A stretch of 52,818 bases of DNA, counting the filler, from Trypethelium eluteriae (taxonomy: Eukaryota), in the NCBI GenBank assembly GCA_051942245.1. It is 2 parts of 2 records of this genome, joined end to end, with 100 filler letters (N's around TTAATTAATTAA, not from the genome) between each part and the next. Parts side by side here need not be neighbours in the genome. Positions count along the whole stretch, not along the records: positions 1 to 26,377 come from JAVECL010000354.1; 1 more part is not named here. One strand, written 5' to 3'. The notes beneath the pieces were generated by a model that ran no database searches, was not told where the DNA came from, and worked only from the letters and a program-made list of their open reading frames with translations. How positions within the stretch are numbered: the first letter of the stretch is position 1; each line of letters starts with the position of its first letter. A program made the position numbers and the translations under genes. Positions 1 to 8,888 of the stretch are shown in pieces.

Positions 1-747
1 CACCCCATCAACATCGACCCCAGCTCCGACCGCCTCGCCGCGCTCGAACCCTTCCCCGCCTTCCCCGACGGCGACCTAACCTCGCTCCGCGTCCTCGTCA
101 AAGTCAAGGGCCAGTGCACGACCGACACGATCAGCGCCGCGGGGCCGTGGCTCAAATACAAGGGACACCTGCCCAACATCGCGAACAACACGCTCATCGG
201 CGCCATCAATGCCGAGACGGGTGAGACGAACCGAGCGTACGATTTGCTGGACCCGAATAACAAGAACAACGACGACGACGATGACGCCGCGTCGGCGCAT
301 GGGTATGGCATCCCGGAGCTGGCGAAGAAGTGGAAGGCGCAGGGGCGAGAGTGGCTTGTGGTCGCGGAGCATAATTATGGGGAGGGCAGTGCGAGGGAGC
401 ATGCGGCGTTGCAGCCGAGGTGGCTGGGCTGTCGCATTGTGCTGGCGAAGAGTTTTGCGAGGATTCATGAGACGAATTTGAAGAAGCAGGGGGTGGTGCC
501 GTTGACGTTTGTCGATGAGGCGGATTATGAGGGGTTGAAGGGGTGTGATGAGGTGAGTACGGTGGGACTGTGGGATACGTTGAGGAATGGTGGAGAGGGA
601 GATGTAAGCTTGAGGGTTCGGAGGGGCGATAAAGAGTGGACTGTTAAAGTACGGCATTCCCTCAGTAAGGACCAGGCTGGCTTTGTGTTGGCTGGGAGTG
701 CTTTGAATCTTCTGGCAAAGAAGGCTGGGAAAAGTGTATCGACTTGA
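1..747 (+). CDS. Aconitase-family hydratase, C-terminal (swivel) domain; 5' part lies outside the window
   Basis: Frame 1 is open from base 1: ...LVKVKGQCTTDTISAAGPWLKYKGHLPNIANN... and NYGEGSAREHAALQPRWLG...KSFARIHETNLKKQGVVPLTF, hallmark aconitase C-terminal motifs. TGA stop at 745-747. Confidence 0.93.
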   Translation, partial: HPINIDPSSDRLAALEPFPAFPDGDLTSLRVLVKVKGQCTTDTISAAGPWLKYKGHLPNIANNTLIGAINAETGETNRAYDLLDPNNKNNDDDDDAASAHGYGIPELAKKWKAQGREWLVVAEHNYGEGSAREHAALQPRWLGCRIVLAKSFARIHETNLKKQGVVPLTFVDEADYEGLKGCDEVSTVGLWDTLRNGGEGDVSLRVRRGDKEWTVKVRHSLSKDQAGFVLAGSALNLLAKKAGKSVST

Positions 748-1897
748 AGGATGAAAAGCGAACATTGTGTGAACTACGAGCCATTGATCCTATCCGACAT
801 TGTGGATTGGCAAAAAAATTGTCTGGAGAAGCACACATGTGTACATATGTACAGGAACAATAACCTGACAGCCTGCCTTATCCACAGTAAGGCTGGAAAA
901 TAGAGAGTACCTTATACAGCATCGCACGGTACTTGGTTTTAAAATCCAGACGAAAATTGTAGTCACATTAAAGTTTACTTAGATTTTAGATATATAACTT
1001 TAGAAGGAGCCTTATAATTATATAATCTGAGAGTCTGTTGAACCTTTGGCAGAGTGATAAGGCACGTGTTTCCGGCGCTGGCCGTACTAAAATTGCTGTG
1101 CTGAGGCTCAAATTGGAAGCGCTGGCAGGCTAACGCTAAATAAATCACAAGTCTTTCATGACCAGTAGTGACGAGAGACAGCCAAACAATGCTCCTAACT
1201 GGTATTCAGTAGGGAGGTTATTGCTCGGTCCCTACCAAGCTTTTTCTAGTGGTGGAAAGGAGCAGGGTAATTTATTTAGATTAGCCACCTGCACTTTATC
1301 TCTCCCGTGACCCTTTTCCCCCACCAGCACTGTTATTGGGTCTCGCAAGGTGGTATTTTCGAATCCAGCTGCCTTATTCAAATTGCCAGACGAACACGCT
1401 TTCCCATTTGACCCGGCGCTAGGAGGCTTTTGACCTTCTGTACCAGCACGACTCCTACCTAGGTACCAAACCCTTCAAGACCTCAGGCAAGCACAGTCTT
1501 TCGGCGTTTTGAGAGCCTTCAGCGCAGAGTCGAATGGACGTTAGCTAAGTATCCTCGTATCCCTCGTGTGTCGGATGTACGGAATGACATTGCTATTGTG
1601 TCTTCCGTGCTGCCACCCGTCTCGCCGGCTGATTTGAAGGCCTCAAATTGAATGCACATTTAACGTTACTCTTTCGTCCCGGCAGATTTCAAGACCCTGA
1701 TCATAGTGCCGTTAGTAGGTCTGTGTTTCTACCGGTCCATCCTAGAACTCCCGTACAAGATGTGTAAAGGACATATATATCACTAGTGTCGCTGTTCCAT
1801 TTTTGATCCTAGATTTTTTTTTTATCTGGCCAATTCGATTGTTCATCAATCCCTTTATATCTTCATTTCGCTTTCATAGAACTCCCCAGGACCCGCC

Positions 1898-2725
1898 ATG
1901 CGTTCATTTGAAGCAGTCGCGGCCTTCGTGCTCGTTTTGCCATCCATTGCTCATGCCCAGCAATCTGTTTGGGGTCAATGTGGCGGTACTGGTTGGAGCG
2001 GCTCTACAACATGCGCATCAGGATCTACATGCGTTGAGCTCAGCCAATACTACTTCCAATGCCAGCCGGGCACAGCATCGAAAACTATGTCGACATCTAC
2101 GTTCAGCTCCACCCCAGCCACTTCAAAAACCCCTACAACAACGACGACAGGCCCGGCGTCGACGACAATTCCAGGTGGAGGTAGCACCACTGGCATCGGA
2201 CCTGGAACCACGTTACAGAGCGGCTACTATTGGATTCGCTCTGTCGAGTCGCCCAATTTCCATAAATACTTGCAGACAGACCCCGAGTACACCACTGGCC
2301 TTGCCATCATGGGTGACTACACATCAGCGGGCCAGTTCAATATCATCAACGGGCAGCTCGTCGAGCTGATTGACCCAACGAAGGGCACCTTGCTATACGC
2401 CAACGTCAGTCCGCCACAGGCGTCCGAGACTACCCTCCCGGTCTCCTTTAAAGCCACGCAGAACACGTACGGCACCTTCGCTTTCCAGGGCGACGCTGTG
2501 ACTTGGTCGGTCTCGTCAATTAGCCGGCCGAACACCGCAGCTTGGTATGTGTGTGGGAGCCAGCAGCTGTTCATCAACCTAGGGGCCTACGACTACGGAA
2601 CGCCTGCGGGATGTGCGGATGAGACGGTAAGTAGACATCTGAATGTAATGGTTATTCTGAGATAGAAGAGGCTGACGACCCATTGATAGATACACTACTA
2701 TAACGGTGCTACTGCTGTTGATTAA
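1898..2725 (+). CDS. Secreted CBM1 (fungal cellulose-binding module) protein with Thr/Ser linker and uncharacterised C-terminal domain; exons 1898-2626, 2690-2725
   Basis: Signal peptide, then QSVWGQCGGTGWSGSTTCASGSTCVELSQYYFQCQ (CBM1 with 4 Cys and aromatics) and a T/S/P linker. Intron 2627-2689 (GTAAGT...GCTGAC...TAG) gives the C-terminus CADETIHYYNGATAVD*. Confidence 0.9.
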
Positions 2726-2999
2726 GTCAGATCATGCAACAGAGAAGAGAGGCTTTGTACATACTCCTATTGAGAAAATTTTAGATCCACAATTATGTCC
2801 GTATTGTGTGGTTTGGCCATATCTTTTGTTCGCGAAGTTTGCAAGTCCATGCGACGTTGACATTTCTCAAAAGCTCCAGTCATAGATCACTGGGCATGAC
2901 TATTCTCTCATCAAGTGATTCGGCTTCTCTCGCGTAACGGCTATCCATAACAGGGGTTGCTTCTCTCCACTGCAGAAGTCAAATTCTCCCGTATACGAG

Positions 3000-3956
3000 C
3001 TACCATGCATAAGAGTCTACCGTTAATGAGGTAAGAGCCCTTTCACTCTCCAATTCCGCCATATACTCGGACCCTCCGAGCTTCGAGACAAAATCGTACC
3101 ACCAAAAGTCCTTCCGACAGAATCTCAGAGCAGTTGTAAACTCCCAATAATCCGGGTACCAACCCGCCGATTCCCAATCAATGAATCCTGAAATATGACC
3201 GTTGTGGACCATGATATTGTGGTGCTTCAGGTCACCGTGGGTGAATACGATAGGATGGTGCATGGTGTCCATTCTCTTCGCACATGCAAGCTTCTCCTCG
3301 AAAGCGTCTCGGGACGAAAAACTGTGATCTGAAGCAACACAGATTAGGTCTTTGTTGAATTGGGTTTCTGATTCGCACGGCCCGATCAAGTGGTTGGGAA
3401 CGCGAACACTTCTGATACCCACCCCTGTAACTGAGCAGATACGATCTCCTCCCCATGGATGAGACCACCTGCGCATTACGCGTAGAATAGACTGCAGCTC
3501 GGTAGACACAGTCTTGCGCTCCTCGTCGGTCATTTTTTTATATATCTCTCCCAGAGGTTTCCCGGGTACTCGAGTCATCAGGATTGAGACGGGAGCGTGA
3601 GGCGTGTCGGGATGTTCGCCATATGCGATGACTTTGGGCACTGGGGATCCAGCAGAACGTGCGATCTTCATAGCCGTGACCTCCTCCAGTCGAGTGCCGT
3701 CTGACCATTTTAGAAGTAACCCGAAGGGAAGTTGCGCAATCTGATTATCGTATTCTATCCCAATCCAGCCACAGTACCGACGAGAAAAGCGACGCAGATA
3801 TGGATGAATGAGCCCGAAAACTCGACGGATAAATCGATGGGCGAGTGGTTCCGCAGGTGGAACAGACGAAGTCAAAGAAACTGACCCCAGAGTTCGATGA
3901 GGCCAGGTGAAAGTCGGGAGTAGAATTTTGGGAATGAAACGGTAGATCCAATTCAT
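3000..3956 (-). CDS. Aminoglycoside phosphotransferase (APH)/choline-kinase-like protein, intronless
   Basis: Brenner-type motif FTHGDLKHHNIMV and IDWESAGWYPDYWE, plus N-lobe PVPKV and ILMTRVPG. First ATG at 3956 (MNWIYRF); the ORF-track start at 4067 is a GTG. Confidence 0.88.
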   Translation of the reverse strand: MNWIYRFIPKILLPTFTWPHRTLGSVSLTSSVPPAEPLAHRFIRRVFGLIHPYLRRFSRRYCGWIGIEYDNQIAQLPFGLLLKWSDGTRLEEVTAMKIARSAGSPVPKVIAYGEHPDTPHAPVSILMTRVPGKPLGEIYKKMTDEERKTVSTELQSILRVMRRWSHPWGGDRICSVTGVGIRSVRVPNHLIGPCESETQFNKDLICVASDHSFSSRDAFEEKLACAKRMDTMHHPIVFTHGDLKHHNIMVHNGHISGFIDWESAGWYPDYWEFTTALRFCRKDFWWYDFVSKLGGSEYMAELESERALTSLTVDSYAW

Positions 3957-4519
3957 CTGAAATCTGCTCTTAGAAAAAGTCACCACGGTAGGTGAATTTG
4001 CATATATCTCGTATAGCAACAATTGAGGTACCGAATGAGAATTTGCTAAAAGTGCGAGCCAATGCACGTGTCAAACCGATGTACGCACGTACAGGAGCCT
4101 TCATCACGCAAAGTAGATTGATTTTGGATAAGTTGTGACGTAGGTTTTGTATTTACCAGGAAGACCGACCATCACTGGAAGCGCTCGGAGAAGAGTCATG
4201 ATTTGGCTAGCTTGAGTCGCACTAGCTCCGGCTTGACCAGGTCTACCACGGGAAAATCTCTGCTGATTTCATTGCGACACTCATCACCTGGGTGCCCATC
4301 ATAAGAAGTGGCTTTGGTCGCAATCTGCACTCTCTAGAGCAGCGATCTTCGAACTGATGTAGGCGCGATGCAGGGACAAGCGATGGCACGGGTCATTAAC
4401 GGCACCAAAATCGAAGCGATTATTTGTTCAATGCTGATGCCTCCAGGAGATGCTAGATCGTTCGTAGCATGCCCCTCCGAAACCATGTTGACTGTGGGGT
4501 CCTCCGCTGCAATCAACTC

Positions 4520-7500
4520 TCACGGACCCATGTGCACGAAGCATGCCCATAGACGAGGCTCACTTAAATAGTCTCGCATCAGTGTTAACATTGCAAAATG
4601 GACCGAGAACGCCAATACGTCGTTGCTCAAGACGGTCGACTCTGTGAAGCTTTGTAGGGAGCTGTAAAACTTCTTTGCAAAGATTGGACAGATGAACTCA
4701 CTGGCTGGCCACAACGTACCAACCACGTGAGGGAACCCGGCGATCTGAAAGGCATTCACAATATGCAGGTTTTCGTCAGCTAAGTTTGGGACTTGCGCGT
4801 CTGCAGTACAACAGGCAGCGAGGAATGCCAGAATAGCATTGTCAGCTGTACAGTGGAAAAGGTCGAGAACGGAAAGTTTGTCAGGCACAACGTCTTTGTT
4901 GGAGGTCTCCGACTGGGCTGCGGATCCTTGAAGCTTAGCATCGGTCATCAATACGAGATGGCTCTGCAACGGGTTTTTGGGATCGGATATGCCGTGAGTG
5001 ATAAAATGGGCGAGGGAATACTTCGGGAGTTCGTGAAGCACCTCTTGAGCAGATGGATGAACAAGTGCTGTCCAATGGATCTTGCTGTTGGCAGCTTGTA
5101 TCCATTGTGTCTCCCGTTTCGCGCTCTTTAGGAACATTTTCTTCTTCCAATACGGAACATCTCGGCTCGGTCTTTCCATACTGGTGATAAGCCCACGAAG
5201 CTCAACGCCTTCAATACCCTTAGATTTTTCGAAAGCATGATCGAGGACGCGAAAACTAGCTGCATAAGATGAAATCGCCCTTTTTGCAAGCACATCGGTA
5301 CAAGGACCTTCCCAAATACCCGCAGCATGCAGTGGCAATCTCGAAAATACACCGCTGGCCATCCATTTGATTCGACAAGCTCCGAGCTGGGGTGGTTGTT
5401 CATTCAGCTTTGAATGCATTCTTTCTCTGTCAAAACCCAGTGCGTTGCAGATGGGCTCCACGACATGAAGCCATAGCTTATAAAGCAAGCCCATCATTTT
5501 ACTATTCATGAGTCTCATATCCAACGGTCCACCATCGCTTGGATGCGGATCCACTTGCGTCAGCTTGTTGTAGATGGTTCCTAGGTTTTGGAAAAGGTAC
5601 GGATGTTCTGGCGGATCGCTCAGTTCGATGCTGGTTATGCGGGAGCGTGTCACGAGTATAGCGTGTGTACGATACTGAGACGAATTCAGAGCGACGATTG
5701 CCCCGTCTCCTGCAAGGTGCTTCATCCGTGCGGTACCCAACGGGCGCAGAAAATTCTCAAATCCGGAGCGCTTTCTGATATCTTGGATCACCTCTTGCAG
5801 CAAGGCCATTTTGTCAAGCTTCATCTTATCACGGCTCAAATATGCGTTATCCAAGGACTTTTCTGCTGATTCTCTGGCTGTGTTTGAGCTTTCAAATGCA
5901 GCAGCTCTACGTTCACAGAAAGACTCGTACAAATGTGGATGCTCGTTCTTCAGTTTTGGCAATTCTCCGATACTGTGGTAGGATGAGGATACGATCATGC
6001 CTCGGCCTTGCTCCCAGACTTCTAATGCCTTTGCCGTATCACCTACAACAAGTCCAGCAGTACAAGCACGAGCTGTTATACCCGAGAGATCTGAGAGCAT
6101 ATATTGCTGGTCTTGCTCGTTTGGCGACGAGGCACAGTATATCGGGATGAGCTCTACAGCAGCTTGAAGGAAGGGCCATGCTTCGAGCCAGCGATTGCTC
6201 TCGATTAGCAGGTTGCACGCAAGATTGATTGCTTTCAGCCTTGTCGCCAGTGGCGCAGTCTTCATTCGCCAAGTCTCTAGATACATGACAAGCGCACTGC
6301 CGAAATCTTCTGTCTCACCGGATTTTCGGTATTTGAGCGCATAAAGCACGCCAGCAGATAGGCACATTTGAGCCCACTCGTCAGACAAATGCTTTTTTGC
6401 GACCCCAAGTGCTTGATGAATGAAGTTGAGGCCCTGGGGCAGATATTGAATCTGACTGTCGTCCGCGATATAGAGGAGAATGCAGTTGTTTGCGCCATTC
6501 AGCCATGCAGCAGGATAAGCGTCGACATCCGATGATGCCATCGCCTCTAGAAACAGTGTGTGAGCCTTTCGCAAATACTCAATCTTGTCTGTAGAGCGAT
6601 AAAGACTATCGTACGTAGACGCCATATTGCTCATCATGAGACAATGAGTTGATTCAACTGATCCTACGGAGTTCAGAGCTGATTGGTAATGGCGCAAGGC
6701 CTCATGTGCATCATTTTCTTGGCCAAGCCGTTTGTATCGTGCTGTCAAAAGTAATCCTAGCTCATTTTGAAGCGTTCTCTTCGTCGTTGATGGTGCTCTC
6801 GGGACAGCTACGCCTTTTCGTGCAACTTCAATCGCTGCTTCCAAGTCCTCTAAGCTATTGGATACATTGTAGGATGTTCGAAGTAGGCGACTCAAGGTCC
6901 CGCTGAGTGCGGCAAATCGGGAGCTTTCTGCGCTTACCCTGCTGATTGCAAGATTGAGGAGCTTTTTGGCGATTTGAAGATCTGTTATATTCTTGAAGCG
7001 AAAGAATCTCGCTTCTAGAAAGTCAACAAGGTTGCGTACGCGGTCTAGGAAAGACTCCAAAGTGACTTTGGGACTATGGACAGCCTTGAAGCCAAGCTCG
7101 ATTGCTCTGTTCAAGTCAACAACGTCCCCCAAGATTTTGTATCGAAGTGAGAGAGAGTACGAGAGGTTATGGAAGGCGCCCAAGAGATCATCGACGTCAA
7201 GTTTAACTTCCTCCTCTAACAGTTCGATTGAACGATCAAGATCCATGGGATGCCCTTGGAGCAAGAAGCGCTGACGAAGCACGTTAGCAAGAGTATCGAG
7301 TTCTTCTTGATACCTGAGCCCATTTCGCTCCGTATTTGAGTCTAGCGCAGTAGCTGCTTGACTATAAGCCTCATCCATGAGCGGGGTATTGCGCTCCTCA
7401 TCCGCCTTCGTGAGCAGACTCAAAGCGAGCTGAGAGCGTATGACCGCTCTCAAATTGGTCGGTGCTTCTAACGGTAGGGTCTCCAGTGCAAGACGCCGAA

Positions 7501-7813
7501 AATACAGCGACTTGGCGTTGTCTGTAGACGCGAGTGTCTGCTTGTTGCGGGCGGCGTAAGCATTGGCTAAATATGCAAGGCGAACCGCATGGTCTTGGAG
7601 TTTGGAACCATCGATCATTGTGTTACAGAGAAGGCGAAGATCTGTTTGTATGATCTCTTCCAAATCTTCCATTTGATGATGTCGTTCGAACCTTGTGTAC
7701 AGCAAGGCTCGAAGATCACTCCAATCCTGCCACGGATCATCGCTTGAGGGAGTACTGCGCAATTGCACTCGTGCAGCCTCAATCGCTACAGCTTCCTCGT
7801 CATGTTGATTCAT
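4520..7813 (-). CDS. TPR-CHAT protein (TPR-like repeats plus C-terminal caspase/separase-like CHAT protease), 1097 aa, intronless
   Basis: Helical repeats (DLDRSIELLEEEV, DLNRAIELGFKAV, DLEAAIEVARKGV) and CHAT motifs LYKLWLHVVEPI, FSRLPLHAAG, AHFITHG (His codon 4994-4996), AFLAACCTA (Cys codon 4811-4813), DENLHIVNAFQIAGFPHVVGTLWP, WACFVHMG. Confidence 0.93.
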   Translation of the reverse strand: MNQHDEEAVAIEAARVQLRSTPSSDDPWQDWSDLRALLYTRFERHHQMEDLEEIIQTDLRLLCNTMIDGSKLQDHAVRLAYLANAYAARNKQTLASTDNAKSLYFRRLALETLPLEAPTNLRAVIRSQLALSLLTKADEERNTPLMDEAYSQAATALDSNTERNGLRYQEELDTLANVLRQRFLLQGHPMDLDRSIELLEEEVKLDVDDLLGAFHNLSYSLSLRYKILGDVVDLNRAIELGFKAVHSPKVTLESFLDRVRNLVDFLEARFFRFKNITDLQIAKKLLNLAISRVSAESSRFAALSGTLSRLLRTSYNVSNSLEDLEAAIEVARKGVAVPRAPSTTKRTLQNELGLLLTARYKRLGQENDAHEALRHYQSALNSVGSVESTHCLMMSNMASTYDSLYRSTDKIEYLRKAHTLFLEAMASSDVDAYPAAWLNGANNCILLYIADDSQIQYLPQGLNFIHQALGVAKKHLSDEWAQMCLSAGVLYALKYRKSGETEDFGSALVMYLETWRMKTAPLATRLKAINLACNLLIESNRWLEAWPFLQAAVELIPIYCASSPNEQDQQYMLSDLSGITARACTAGLVVGDTAKALEVWEQGRGMIVSSSYHSIGELPKLKNEHPHLYESFCERRAAAFESSNTARESAEKSLDNAYLSRDKMKLDKMALLQEVIQDIRKRSGFENFLRPLGTARMKHLAGDGAIVALNSSQYRTHAILVTRSRITSIELSDPPEHPYLFQNLGTIYNKLTQVDPHPSDGGPLDMRLMNSKMMGLLYKLWLHVVEPICNALGFDRERMHSKLNEQPPQLGACRIKWMASGVFSRLPLHAAGIWEGPCTDVLAKRAISSYAASFRVLDHAFEKSKGIEGVELRGLITSMERPSRDVPYWKKKMFLKSAKRETQWIQAANSKIHWTALVHPSAQEVLHELPKYSLAHFITHGISDPKNPLQSHLVLMTDAKLQGSAAQSETSNKDVVPDKLSVLDLFHCTADNAILAFLAACCTADAQVPNLADENLHIVNAFQIAGFPHVVGTLWPASEFICPIFAKKFYSSLQSFTESTVLSNDVLAFSVHFAMLTLMRDYLSEPRLWACFVHMGP

Positions 7814-8045
7814 AGCGCGATCTGAACGATGAAGACTACACAGCGGGGAGCTTTAAGAGTGGTCGAAGTACAAGCACAGAGTACCGTGCAAGGGTGGAGA
7901 CGAAGTCGTAGGTGAGCCACTAGAGTACTCTAGAGGTACGGGTCCGGTCCCAGCTCGCTGCAAGGCCAGAGCATTGCCTGCATTTTCCATTCTCGAAAGA
8001 GTCCTTGGTGACATAGCTTCGCAACTGCATTTGAGCGGTGAGAAG

Positions 8046-8888
8046 ATGGGCAAGTCATCCATCTTCATCTCCTCCTATCCTCTCTCTTTGAAGGCGGTCT
8101 CACTCGGACGGCTCGTGAGTTTCGTCAAAAATCCAGGTCAAGATTCCTTTGACCCCACTCTTGAGCTACCCGATAAGCCACAGGTCCTTTCGACCACGAG
8201 CGAGATCAACAACATCTCTAAGGTACTGAGCGCCTCCAACGGAGCAGGGTTAGAAGTAGCTTTGACAACCTTCGCAAGCATCTTCTTGAAAGGCGAATCT
8301 AAGGATGTCAGACTGTTAGAGGCAAAGCAAGGCGTAGAGTACCTTCTGCTCAATGCCGACGATTGGTTTGAACGAATATGCAAGTCGGAAATGACACAGA
8401 CCTGGCTCGAGCGGGCAGCGATGCGTGGAAGAAAGTCCTATCTCGTTACTGGTCTTCAGACTTTAAGTAACGTGGACATTAAAACCGACGTGACATGGAA
8501 GCTTGGCAATGGGGCCGGAGCGCAGATTCCTCTCCTTGCTGCCTCAAGCGTACCCCTGCCGACTCCGCTAGACCCTGCCGCCAAGGCAGACTACTCAGTC
8601 GAGCGAGGGTCGACCAACGCTGGCAACCTACCAGAAGAGAAAGTGTACGGTATACAATACCGCGAGATTAAGCTGAAGAAGGGAACGAGGTCGACCGTTT
8701 CAAATGCCAGTCTCAGGTCCAAGATCTGGTGGGAACAGATATGTACCGACCGCGACGCAAGCGGCATGGACATGGACGATGAGGAGGAAGATGCTATCGA
8801 GGCTGAGCTTCTGGATGGTCTGACTGATTCCACCGAGATTCCATCTGACGTTGCGATGAATGAGGAGGAGACATATTTGCATGCATAA
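8046..8888 (+). CDS. Fungal gasdermin-like protein (RCD-1/HET-Q1 family), 280 aa, intronless
   Basis: ATG at 8046. N-terminal VSLGRLVSFVKNP, central WFERICKSEMTQTWLERAAMRGRKSYLVTGLQT, late KVYGIQYREI, and Gly/Ala-rich amphipathic beta segments (SASNGAGLEVAL; KLGNGAGAQIP). Size, motif order, acidic tail and an adjacent protease gene match HET-Q1-type gasdermins as recalled. Not confirmed by HMM. Confidence 0.78.
   Translation: MGKSSIFISSYPLSLKAVSLGRLVSFVKNPGQDSFDPTLELPDKPQVLSTTSEINNISKVLSASNGAGLEVALTTFASIFLKGESKDVRLLEAKQGVEYLLLNADDWFERICKSEMTQTWLERAAMRGRKSYLVTGLQTLSNVDIKTDVTWKLGNGAGAQIPLLAASSVPLPTPLDPAAKADYSVERGSTNAGNLPEEKVYGIQYREIKLKKGTRSTVSNASLRSKIWWEQICTDRDASGMDMDDEEEDAIEAELLDGLTDSTEIPSDVAMNEEETYLHA

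Noticed and set aside
76..765. 229-aa minus-strand ORF
   Set aside because: Antisense shadow of the aconitase CDS caused by biased codon usage; no recognisable motifs.
935..1030. Short AT-rich, TpA-rich patch resembling a RIP-degraded transposon relic
   Set aside because: Under 100 bp, with no terminal repeats or coding remnants; compatible with an ordinary terminator/intergenic region.
7974..8045. N-terminal extension of the gasdermin-like ORF in the ORF track
   Set aside because: It starts at TTG; the eukaryotic start is most likely the ATG at 8046.
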